Below the pieces are notes generated by a model. The model had not been told where the DNA came from. It made no database searches and was given only the letters and a program-made list of their open reading frames with translations. From Verrucomicrobiota bacterium (GTDB taxonomy: Bacteria > Verrucomicrobiota > Verrucomicrobiia > Opitutales > UBA953): 33,235 bases of DNA. Below are positions 17,612 through 25,762 of the stretch, piece by piece; position 1 is the stretch's first letter, and every line of letters starts with the position of its first letter. Both the position numbers and the translations under genes were made by a program. The stretch spans positions 1-33,235 of the forward strand of contig RGES01000001.1 in assembly GCA_009917805.1 (NCBI GenBank), written 5' to 3'.

Positions 17612-18481
17612 TCAGCCGGCGAAGGCCTTCACGGTCTCGAGATGCAGCTCGGCCACCTGCTCCAAGGTGAGCCCGCCCCACTTGTAGCCGCCGGCCAGGG
17701 CGAAGATGTGCGGGATCTTCCGCGCCCGCGCCCAATGGACGACGACCTTCTCGCGCTTGCGGATCATGTCCTTGGTGATGCCCTTCATGCCGCCGGCCTT
17801 CTCGTAGGTGTCCATGCCGGCGTTGTAGATCAGGAAGTCGACGCGCTCCAAGGAGTGGAGCGCGTCCTCGACATGACCCAGGTAACCACGGGGGTCGTCC
17901 ACCTCGACGTAGAAATGCCGCTCGGGATGCGTCGGCTCCCAGGAGTCGAAGCTGTTGACGGTGACGTCGGCCAGGTAAACCCGCTCATGGTCGCCGAGGA
18001 TGTCGAAGGTACCGCCACCGGCATGGGCATCCAGGTCCAGGATGCCGACGGCTTTCACCTTCTTGAGCGCCTCGAGCGCGGCGAGGGCGAGCCCGTTGAA
18101 CTGGCAGAAACCGTTCCCGGAGTTACGACGCGCATGGTGGAGACCGCTGGACAGACTGCCGGAGCGGCCGTGCTTCAAGGCCTCGCGGACCGCATCGCGC
18201 ATGCCGCCGGTCGAGGCCAGGATGCTGCCCAACAACGCCTGCGACCACGGCCCCACTTCCAGGAAACTGCCCTTGTCCTCGAAGGTGCTGCGCACGTGCT
18301 CCGGCGAATGGATCAGTTCGAGTTCCTTGCGCGTCGCGAGCTTGGGCGCCTCAAGCCACACCTCGCCCGCCTTCCCGGCTTCGATCAGCTCCGCGACCAG
18401 CCGGGATTTGGTGACCGTCTCGGACATGCCTTCGACGACGTAGGCGGGGCTGTAGTAGACGGTGAGCGGCGACTGCGGCAT
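17612..18481 (-). CDS. Histone deacetylase (Zn-dependent amidohydrolase) family protein
   Basis: LELIHS, SGLHHA, GFCQFN, LDLDAHAGGGT, YNAGMD, LAGGY. Start ATG 18481 lies 6 nt after TTGACG-17-CATAAC. Confidence 0.9.
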   Translation of the reverse strand: MPQSPLTVYYSPAYVVEGMSETVTKSRLVAELIEAGKAGEVWLEAPKLATRKELELIHSPEHVRSTFEDKGSFLEVGPWSQALLGSILASTGGMRDAVREALKHGRSGSLSSGLHHARRNSGNGFCQFNGLALAALEALKKVKAVGILDLDAHAGGGTFDILGDHERVYLADVTVNSFDSWEPTHPERHFYVEVDDPRGYLGHVEDALHSLERVDFLIYNAGMDTYEKAGGMKGITKDMIRKREKVVVHWARARKIPHIFALAGGYKWGGLTLEQVAELHLETVKAFAG

Positions 18482-18487
18482 GACGGT

Positions 18488-18516
18488 GTTATGCCCGCCG
18501 GATAGACCTCCGTCAA
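18488..18516 (-). promoter_or_regulatory. Near-consensus sigma70 promoter of the HDAC gene (leaderless)
   Basis: TTGACG (18511-18516)-17-CATAAC (18488-18493) on the minus strand. Confidence 0.65.
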
Positions 18517-18586
18517 ATCGGCCCCCTGTCATAGGTTGCGGTTGGCTTCGGGCGGCCGAGCCCCCATCCTGAGGCCGTCCTTTCCG

Positions 18587-19432
18587 ATGCCCTTCGACCC
18601 CAAGATTCCACGAGAACTCGCTAAAAAACTCGGGCGGGAGGCGATGCAGGTCATCGAACTGGGCCTCTACGCCTCGCCGAGCAGCCGGCAGGTCGACATC
18701 GCCGCCGACATCGCCTCGGCCGTGGCCCGCACGACCCACCTGCCGCCCGACCATCGTCACACCTTTCCCCGGACCGGTCCGCACGCGACGACGATCGAAG
18801 TCACCGAGGAGACGTCGCTCTCCGCGGCCGCCCGGCATGATGCGGCAGGCCTGCGGACGGTCGTGCTGAACTTCGCCTCACCGACGGTGCCGGGCGGCGG
18901 CTTCCTGGCCGGCGAACGCGCCCAGGAGGAATACCATTGCCGGTCCTCCGCCCTCTTCGCCTGCCAGGTCAACGGACCGATGTACGCCTTCCACCTGCAG
19001 CAAGGCAATGCCCTGCGCACGGATGCGATGATCTACTCGCCCGACGTCCCGGTCTTCCGGGCCGACGACCATCGCATGCTCGAGACACCCTTCAAGGTGG
19101 CGTTCGTTTCCGCCGCCGCCTGCGACGCCCGGGACGTCGCCCCGCTCGATCAGCCGAAGATCTCCGGCGCGATGGGCGCCCGCATCGTCAAGGTGCTTGC
19201 GGTCGCCCAAGCCAACGGCCACGACGCCCTGGTCCTAGGGGCCTGGGGCTGCGGCAACTTCGCCAACGACCCCGGGCTCATCGCCGACCTCTTCCGACAG
19301 GCCCTCATGGGTCCCTTCAAGGGCGCGTTCCGACGCGTCACGTTCGCGATCGTCGACACCAGCGCCGACCAGCGATGCCTGAACCAGTTCCGGCTGGCGC
19401 TGACGCAGAAAGCCGCGCCGTCGCATAACTGA
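18587..19432 (+). CDS. Bacterial poly(ADP-ribose) glycohydrolase, TIGR02452/DUF2263 macrodomain family
   Basis: VLNFAS...PGGGFLAGERAQEE (GGG-x6-QEE catalytic loop), IYSPDVPVFR, LVLGAWGCGNF.ND, F.RV.FAI. Start set at ATG 18587. Confidence 0.9.
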   Translation: MPFDPKIPRELAKKLGREAMQVIELGLYASPSSRQVDIAADIASAVARTTHLPPDHRHTFPRTGPHATTIEVTEETSLSAAARHDAAGLRTVVLNFASPTVPGGGFLAGERAQEEYHCRSSALFACQVNGPMYAFHLQQGNALRTDAMIYSPDVPVFRADDHRMLETPFKVAFVSAAACDARDVAPLDQPKISGAMGARIVKVLAVAQANGHDALVLGAWGCGNFANDPGLIADLFRQALMGPFKGAFRRVTFAIVDTSADQRCLNQFRLALTQKAAPSHN

Positions 19433-19435
19433 GGC

Positions 19436-20704
19436 TCAACCTTTGGCCTGCTTCACCAAGCGACGCAGGATGACCGCCGCTTCCGCCTGACCAGAGGGGA
19501 AGAAGAACACGACGTCGCCGCCCGTGTCCTTGTCGATCTCGATGGCGTTGTTGTAGACGGTGACGTCGAGCACCTTGGCGTACTTGAAGTTCAGGCTCTT
19601 GAGGCTGCCGGAGAAGATGACGCGCTTCGAGGTGAAGACCAGGATGCCGGAATCCACCTTCTCGAGCCGCTGCTCGGTCTGACGCTCGACCTCATAGGAA
19701 CCGGTTCGATAACGCAACGGCCCCCAGATCTTGATGCTGGTGCCGAACCCGCCGTAGCTGCGACGGGTGGTGACTCGCTTGTTGAGGCCAAGCTCCACAT
19801 GCTGCGTCCAGAAACAACCCTCGTTCCCCAGATCCAGCTCGCATGGCACCTCCTTCAGCGGCGAACGGCAGAGCGACCAAAGCCGCTGCGCGCTGTCGAT
19901 CCGGTCGACCAGCTTGTCATCCATGCTCAGATTGATGTCCATCTGCTTGATTTCGGAGGCGAAGGCGGCGTAGGCCGCGGGATCCATGACCTCGCCGCCG
20001 TCCTCTTGTCTCATCAACGCCTTGAGGCGCTGTTCGAAATACGACTGCATGGCGGCGCCGAAAGTCTCCTTGACCTTCTCCTCGGAGAGGGGGACTTCCT
20101 TGCCGAGCAGGTTGATCTGTTCCCTTTTCTGCTGAGGCGGGATATCGCGCAGCAGGACGGTGAGCATGCCGATCCGACAATAACTGGCGAAGGCTTCGCC
20201 GTGGATCGCCTCGGCCGCCGACGCGTCCAAACCGAAACTGCGGGCGAGGTTGCCGAGGTCGGTCTTCTCCTGCGGCGCAAAATAGCGGTCGGACAGATAG
20301 GCTTCGACGGCCTGGCGATACCATTTGAGGAGGTCTTCCCGACAACGCTTGCGGACGTCATAGCCCAGTTTTTCACCCAAGGAAGCCCACGCTTCTTCGG
20401 GGATCAGGCACTGCGTCGGTGCCTTCGAAAGCAGGTCCCAGACGGCCAGCAAGCCGGCCTGATAGCTCTCCCGCCCCAGCATGCCGTCCAACAGGTTGGC
20501 CCCCTTCTCGACCGGACGCGGAAAGGGCAGGACTCGGACCGTAGCCGGCAAGACGGCCAAAGTCAGCCATCCTGCCATGCCAGGCTTCCAGTAATGATCG
20601 GTCGGCTTTAATTCGCCCGAGGCCAGCTTGGAGCGGACCTCATCCGGAGCCCAGGCGCCGATTTCGACGCCGGCGCGGGCGATATGGACCGGTTCGGTTG
20701 ACAT
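19436..20704 (-). CDS. GYF_2 domain + TerB-like helical region + C-terminal PH-like domain protein
   Basis: N-terminal IARAGVEIGAWAPDEVRSKLASGELKPTDHYWKPGMAGW is GYF_2-like. YLSDRYFAPQEKTDLGNLARSFGL is TerB-like. DSGILVFTSKRVIFSG...FKYAKVLDV is bPH/GRAM-like. Start ATG 20704, 4 nt after the upstream stop. Confidence 0.75.
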   Translation of the reverse strand: MSTEPVHIARAGVEIGAWAPDEVRSKLASGELKPTDHYWKPGMAGWLTLAVLPATVRVLPFPRPVEKGANLLDGMLGRESYQAGLLAVWDLLSKAPTQCLIPEEAWASLGEKLGYDVRKRCREDLLKWYRQAVEAYLSDRYFAPQEKTDLGNLARSFGLDASAAEAIHGEAFASYCRIGMLTVLLRDIPPQQKREQINLLGKEVPLSEEKVKETFGAAMQSYFEQRLKALMRQEDGGEVMDPAAYAAFASEIKQMDINLSMDDKLVDRIDSAQRLWSLCRSPLKEVPCELDLGNEGCFWTQHVELGLNKRVTTRRSYGGFGTSIKIWGPLRYRTGSYEVERQTEQRLEKVDSGILVFTSKRVIFSGSLKSLNFKYAKVLDVTVYNNAIEIDKDTGGDVVFFFPSGQAEAAVILRRLVKQAKG

Positions 20705-20708
20705 GATC

Positions 20709-21530
20709 TTACTTGAGGCGGAGGAGGATCGCCTCGCCGACCTGGGCGCCGAGGAAGTCGTAGCCTTCGCCGGTGAAGTGGACGTCGTTGGGATTCTGCA
20801 ACTTGGCGAGATGGGGCGTGATCGCGGCGAAGAGGTCGTCGGTCGGGATGCCATGCTTCTTCATGACCTCGGCGGCGAGCGCGTTCTTCTCGACGATCGA
20901 CGCGGCGGTCTGCTTCTGCGCCGGGTTATCCGGGACCGGGGTCGTGCTGGCCCAGATGAGCTTCGCCCCGGTCTTCTCGAGACGGGTTACGATCTCCTCG
21001 AGCCGCTTGACGTAGTCGGCCGCCGGCGTCGCCCGGTCATGGATACCGAAATTGAAATGGATGACGTCCCACTTTCCTTCGCCCAGCCAGACATCGAGGT
21101 TCTTGACGCCCGAGGCGGTCGGGCCGCAGTTCGCCGGCGCGCGATGGATGTTGGCCTTGCCCTCCAGCACCTTGCGGGTGGGCTGGGTATAACCACGCGA
21201 GACGGAATCCCCGATCAGCAGCACACGCGGGAGCTTGGGATCGTCCTTCACGAAGTCCCAGGCGTTGGATTTACCGGCGATCTTATCGCGTTTGTGAAGC
21301 GGCAGGTAGAAATTGCCGAGCTGTCCCTGGAGGACTTTCTCCCAGGCTTGCTCCTCGGGCGAGAGCTTCGCCAACCAGGCCTGATAACGCTCGTCGACGA
21401 CCTTTTCCTGCGCCGCTTTCTTGGCCGCCGCCTGCGCCGCCGCCTCCTTGGCGTTCGTCGGTTCACCTTTCGGGGGTTCGGCGGCGACAAGGGCAAAAGA
21501 AAGGCAGAGCAAAACGAGCAGGGGCTTCAT
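20709..21530 (-). CDS. Secreted SGNH/GDSL hydrolase
   Basis: Signal peptide MKPLLVLLCLSFALVAA; LIGDSVS, NFGIHD, DVHF blocks. Confidence 0.9.
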   Translation of the reverse strand: MKPLLVLLCLSFALVAAEPPKGEPTNAKEAAAQAAAKKAAQEKVVDERYQAWLAKLSPEEQAWEKVLQGQLGNFYLPLHKRDKIAGKSNAWDFVKDDPKLPRVLLIGDSVSRGYTQPTRKVLEGKANIHRAPANCGPTASGVKNLDVWLGEGKWDVIHFNFGIHDRATPAADYVKRLEEIVTRLEKTGAKLIWASTTPVPDNPAQKQTAASIVEKNALAAEVMKKHGIPTDDLFAAITPHLAKLQNPNDVHFTGEGYDFLGAQVGEAILLRLK

Positions 21531-21568
21531 GGAGGGGTGGCTTGATGCAATCACCCCAGCCCGGCCCT

Positions 21569-22291
21569 TCAAGCCGTCACTGCCGACAGCGCCTGCGAAA
21601 GGAGCCGTCGGCGATGCGCATAGGTCCGCTGGGCCGCCTCCGGAGAAGCCGCCTGCAAACGCGCCACGCCCTCCGGGCCATTGGCCGCCTGGACAAACTC
21701 CGCATCTTCCTCCGCCCACAGGCAGGCCGTGGGTCCGTCGATCTCGGGATGGAACTGCATCCCGAACGACCGACCTAAGCGGAACATCTGCACCGGGCAG
21801 ACCGGCGTCGACGCCAGCAGCTCGGCCCCCTTCGGCAGTTCGCACCCGTCCCCATGCCAATGCAGCACCTCGATGCTGGCCGGCAGGCCGCGGGTGATGA
21901 TATCCGTACCGACGAAATCCAGCCGCCCCCAGCCGACCTCGCGTTGTCGACGACCTTCCGCATCGGTCATCGGAGCGACCTTCGCCCCGGCGGCATGCGC
22001 GATGAGTTGCATGCCGAGACAGACACCGACGTTCGGCCAGTCCTTGGCGAGGCGCGCACGCAAGAGTTCGACTACCGGAGCAAGCCACGGAGCCGACGGC
22101 TGACCGATATCGGCCACGCCCATCGGGCCGCCCATGACGATGAGCAGGTCATTCTCGCCGAGATCGGCAGGCAAGGCGACGCCGCGGAACGCCTCGACGA
22201 CCTCGATCTGATATCCTGCCTCGGTCAGCAATTCGCCCAACATGCCCGGCCCTTCATGGGCGACATTGGTCAGGCAAACGGCGCGCGGCAT
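21569..22291 (-). CDS. Type 1 glutamine amidotransferase-like protein
   Basis: HEGPG, VMGGPMG, GVCLGMQL, HWHGD, QFHPE triad motifs. Confidence 0.9.
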   Translation of the reverse strand: MPRAVCLTNVAHEGPGMLGELLTEAGYQIEVVEAFRGVALPADLGENDLLIVMGGPMGVADIGQPSAPWLAPVVELLRARLAKDWPNVGVCLGMQLIAHAAGAKVAPMTDAEGRRQREVGWGRLDFVGTDIITRGLPASIEVLHWHGDGCELPKGAELLASTPVCPVQMFRLGRSFGMQFHPEIDGPTACLWAEEDAEFVQAANGPEGVARLQAASPEAAQRTYAHRRRLLSQALSAVTA

Positions 22292-22383
22292 CTTGTCCGC
22301 TGATGTTCAAAGCAGACAGATGCCTGGCAAGTCCGCACGTAACGACCGAGAATTCTGACGAATTTCCGACACCCTGGCCGGCC

Positions 22384-23238
22384 TCAAGGCGTCACGCCGC
22401 TGAGCTTATGCCCGGTCACGACCTTCCAGGCGATCTCCTGCAACAGACGATTGAGCTTCTCGGCTTCGGGGAGCTTCGTCAGCTGGCTGACGACGGGCAA
22501 GCCGACCGGGCTGCGACGATAGATCACCGTGAAATGACAGTAGGCCGAAAGGACGCGGATCTGCGGGCCAGGATGGCCGAGGGCGTCGGTGAAGAGTTCG
22601 TTCTGCGTCCTGATGCCGGGCGCTTCGCCTCGGATGACCTTGTCGCGCAAGGCCAGCACCGCCTCGCCGCTGGGCACGACCGCGATCTTTGCCCCGGGAA
22701 TCCGTGCGTTCAGCTCACGCACGTGGTCTTCGATCAGCTTGAAATAGGGATCATGCTTCGCGCGGAGCTGGACCAGCGTCGCCGTGTCGCGGTCGATGGA
22801 CTTCGGCTTGCTCTTCGAAAGCCAGAGTTCCGGATCCTCGTAAGGCACCCAGTTCTGCTGCAGCGTCAGGCGGAGCCTGGGATTATGCTCAAGCCCCAGC
22901 TTCGTGAAATTCTCGATGCCCGGATCCGGCAGGAACGTCGGCGCCATGGTGAACAGGTCCGCCTTGCCCGCCTCGAGGATCGGCTTCGCCTTGTTCTTGT
23001 CCGGCGGCAGGTCCCAGTGCTGGATGACCTTCGAGCCGCCGATCGAGGAGATCGCCAGCTGCTCATGACCTTGGATCCCGGCGGCCTTCGCCATCTCGGC
23101 GACGAGCGGCGGCATCCACACATGGAAACTATGGCCGGCGGTCAGCACCTTGAGGCCGGCGGGCGCGGGCGCTTGCTCCGCCGCGCCGAGCGAGGTGAGC
23201 AAGGAAAGGATAAGCAACAGAAGCGACGGGATGCGCAT
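22384..23238 (-). CDS. Secreted SGNH-like hydrolase (GHS variant)
   Basis: Signal peptide; AGHSFH block I and D.LGHP C-terminal His motif; Y.RSPVGLP. Confidence 0.7.
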   Translation of the reverse strand: MRIPSLLLLILSLLTSLGAAEQAPAPAGLKVLTAGHSFHVWMPPLVAEMAKAAGIQGHEQLAISSIGGSKVIQHWDLPPDKNKAKPILEAGKADLFTMAPTFLPDPGIENFTKLGLEHNPRLRLTLQQNWVPYEDPELWLSKSKPKSIDRDTATLVQLRAKHDPYFKLIEDHVRELNARIPGAKIAVVPSGEAVLALRDKVIRGEAPGIRTQNELFTDALGHPGPQIRVLSAYCHFTVIYRRSPVGLPVVSQLTKLPEAEKLNRLLQEIAWKVVTGHKLSGVTP

Positions 23239-23338
23239 GCGGCTATCCTTCCGGCCGCCCCCGAAGCGTCAATCCCGACCACGCCGGGAAGAGCGGCGGT
23301 GTCGGGATTGCGTCAGGCCCTGTATCGAAAATACCGGC

Positions 23339-24829
23339 TTACTTGCTCGAACGATAAGGACCGGCCGGGAGGCCGTCCTTGCCCGCGGAAAAGACGCTGA
23401 CTTCCGGGAAGTTGGCCCAGGCATAACGGACTTCCTTGGGCTCCTTCACGCCGGCGGCGGAGACGGTGACTTGGACACCTTCGGCCTTGGCCTGCGCGAA
23501 GACCCACTTGCCGTCGGCGGCGAGCAAGCCGAAGCCCTTGCCGTCGTTGTTCAGGATCACGGCGCGGTCATAGGTAAGGACCCAGGCATCGCCCTTGCGC
23601 TCGGCCTTCACGACGCGGGGGGCTTCGCCGTCGGTACGGGTCTTGTAGACGCGCTGCAAGGCGACGGCGGCGAGTCGCTCGCCGATCGGGAGCTTGTTCT
23701 TCGGGTGGATGTCCTTCTCGTCGCCGAGGTCGATGTTCACGGTCTGCATCGCGCCCGGGACGTTGTCGGCGATCCACTCCATGGATTCGCGGATCTTCGG
23801 CCAGCCGGCGTCTTCGACGGCGAGCTCCGGATGACGGGCCATGAAGCGAGGGAGCTGGACGATGATGAAGGGGAATTCCCTGCCCCAGGCCTTCTGCCAG
23901 GACTTGATCATGGAGCCGAGCACCCACTTGTAGGCCTCGGGCTGGCCGGCGTTGGATTCGCCCTGATACCAGAGGGCGCCGCGGAAGGAGTAACCGACGA
24001 ACGGAGCGACCATGCCGTTCCAGTTCATGTGCGGACCGTTGGACCAGACCGGGGCGAGCTTGCCGGCATCCTGCCTGAGCTTGGCCAAGGCGGCCTTGTC
24101 CTTTTCCGCGGCGATCTTCGCCGTGAGCTTCTCGAGCGCGGCGGCTCGCGCCTTGATGCCGGCGGCTTCCTTCGCGTCGAAGTCCTTGGCGTCAGGCACG
24201 TCGGCATACATGCCCTTCGGACCCCAGGCCTCGGCGCGCGTGCCACCGATGGAAGTATGGATCACGCCGACCGGCTGCTTGAGGTTGGCGCGCAGTTCAC
24301 GGGCGAAATAGAAACCGGCCGCGGTGAAAAATTCGACGGTGTCAGGGGCGGCGAGTTTCCAGGCCCCCTGGACGTCGTCGGCCGGCTCGGCCTTCGGCGT
24401 ACGGGCGACGGTGAAGACGCGCAGGCCGGCGTCGGCCGGACGGGACCTGGCCTCCTCGGCGGTGGTGGTGTTCTTGACGACCCACTCCATGTTGGACTGG
24501 CCGGAGCCGATCCAGACTTCGCCGACGATGACGTCATGCGCGGTGAAGACTTCCTCGCCTGAGCTGACCACGAGGTCCTTGCCTTGCTCGGTCGGCTTGA
24601 GGCCGCCGAGGGTGACGCTCCACTTGCCGTCGTTGCCGGCGGTGGCGGCAGCCTCGGCGGAGCCGAGCTTGACGCTGACCTTGGCGCCCGGGTGCGCCTT
24701 GCCGAAGACGGCGGCGTCACCGGCCTGCAGGACGGCATGATCGGAGAACAGGGCGACCAGCTTGAGCTCTCCGGCGGAGACGAGCGCGGAAGAGCAAAGC
24801 ACGACGAGGGCGGCGAGGCGGGGTAGCAT
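23339..24829 (-). CDS. Sialate O-acetylesterase (SASA) family protein
   Basis: Signal peptide; FSDHAVLQ, GEVWIGSGQSNM, IGGTRAEAW, WYQGESN, VQLP, DIHPKNK, VRYAW. Confidence 0.92.
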   Translation of the reverse strand: MLPRLAALVVLCSSALVSAGELKLVALFSDHAVLQAGDAAVFGKAHPGAKVSVKLGSAEAAATAGNDGKWSVTLGGLKPTEQGKDLVVSSGEEVFTAHDVIVGEVWIGSGQSNMEWVVKNTTTAEEARSRPADAGLRVFTVARTPKAEPADDVQGAWKLAAPDTVEFFTAAGFYFARELRANLKQPVGVIHTSIGGTRAEAWGPKGMYADVPDAKDFDAKEAAGIKARAAALEKLTAKIAAEKDKAALAKLRQDAGKLAPVWSNGPHMNWNGMVAPFVGYSFRGALWYQGESNAGQPEAYKWVLGSMIKSWQKAWGREFPFIIVQLPRFMARHPELAVEDAGWPKIRESMEWIADNVPGAMQTVNIDLGDEKDIHPKNKLPIGERLAAVALQRVYKTRTDGEAPRVVKAERKGDAWVLTYDRAVILNNDGKGFGLLAADGKWVFAQAKAEGVQVTVSAAGVKEPKEVRYAWANFPEVSVFSAGKDGLPAGPYRSSK

Positions 24830-24920
24830 CCGGCCAGCACACCCCATTCTCGGAGGATGGCAAGTCCGACCCCGAAAGACGGTTGAAACTCCCGGGGCAA
24901 GGCGCTGTTATATCGTTACT

Positions 24921-25673
24921 ATGAAGCACCTCCCCCTGCTCCTCATCGCCGCCCTCGGCTTCGCGGCCGAAGAAGCCCCTCGTCCCAACATCCGTCCGGA
25001 GGGACCCGCCCCCGAAGGCCGAGCCCTCCCTCGCCTCCCCGTCCAGCTCTCTCCCGACGAACAGAAGCGCCTCCATGAGGCCATGGAGAAAGCCAACCAG
25101 GACCCCGCCGTCAAAGAAGCGCACGAGCAGGCCGCCAAGGCCCAGCAGGCCGCCGCGGAAGCCCAGAAGAAGGCCCGCGAGATCACCGACGACGCCGCCC
25201 GCAAGGCCGACCCGTCCGTCGCCCCCATCCTGGAAAAGGTCCGCAAGGCCATGGAGCAGCGCCAGCCCGGCCGCCAGCCCAACGCCGAACCCGGCCGCCA
25301 GCCGGAGTCCCAGCCCCGTGGCGAACCCCCCCGTCAGCGCGAAGGCGGCAACCGCCAGCCTAACGCCGAACCGAACCGTCAGCGCGAAGGCAACCGCGAG
25401 CAACCCGCCAACCGCGGCGCCCAGTTTCCCGGCCTGACCCCTGACGAACAGCAGCGCGTCCGCGAAGCGATGACCAAGGCCAACGCCGAACCGGCCGTCC
25501 GCGAAGCCCGCGAGGCCGCGGCCGCCGCCCAGCGCAAGGCGATGGAGATCGCCGAAGACGCCGCCCGCAAGGCCGACCCTTCCATCGCTCCTCTCCTCGA
25601 GAAGATGCATAAGGCCTTCGAAGCCCGCCGACCCGAGGGCGAAAGCCAACGCGGCCGCAAGCAGCCCGAATAA
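24921..25673 (+). CDS. Secreted helical protein with two ~65-aa repeats and a Q/R/P/E/N-rich repetitive linker
   Basis: Signal MKHLPLLLIAALGFAA; repeats LSPDEQKRL...ARKADPSVAPILEK and LTPDEQQRV...ARKADPSIAPLLEK. Confidence 0.85.
   Translation: MKHLPLLLIAALGFAAEEAPRPNIRPEGPAPEGRALPRLPVQLSPDEQKRLHEAMEKANQDPAVKEAHEQAAKAQQAAAEAQKKAREITDDAARKADPSVAPILEKVRKAMEQRQPGRQPNAEPGRQPESQPRGEPPRQREGGNRQPNAEPNRQREGNREQPANRGAQFPGLTPDEQQRVREAMTKANAEPAVREAREAAAAAQRKAMEIAEDAARKADPSIAPLLEKMHKAFEARRPEGESQRGRKQPE
25047..25623 (+). repeat. Intragenic domain duplication (~25047-25256 and ~25434-25623) plus short linker repeats (RQPNAEP x2, RQREG(G)NR x2)
   Basis: DNA identity is visible, e.g. GACGCCGCCCGCAAGGCCGACCC twice, CGTCAGCGCGAAGGC twice, CGCCAGCC(C/T)AACGCCGAACC twice. 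Confidence 0.85.
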
Positions 25674-25693
25674 GCACGGGTCCGTGCGTATCG

Positions 25694-25724
25694 AAGGCCG
25701 ACCGAATGGTCGGCCTTTTTATTT
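25694..25724 (+). terminator. Rho-independent terminator
   Basis: AAGGCCGACC-GAAT-GGTCGGCCTT perfect 10-bp stem followed by TTTATTT, 20 nt after the stop at 25673. Confidence 0.85.
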
Positions 25725-25762
25725 CCCATTCCGCCGGACAGGTTCATATTCCGGCCATCCCC

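Noticed and set aside
18482..18838. N-terminal extensions in the ORF track (HDAC to 18838; likewise 20854, 22088, 10680, 24762, 8617)
   Set aside because: They overlap neighbouring genes or promoters. Downstream starts fit signal peptides, domain boundaries and promoter spacing.
12538..19432. SET + HDAC + PARG as a single chromatin-like operon
   Set aside because: Separated by TPR, purA and mgtE and in different transcription units; kept only as separate, speculative findings.
25257..25430. Short direct repeats as a CRISPR or REP array
   Set aside because: In-frame coding repeats inside a protein linker; no constant repeat/spacer period and no cas genes.
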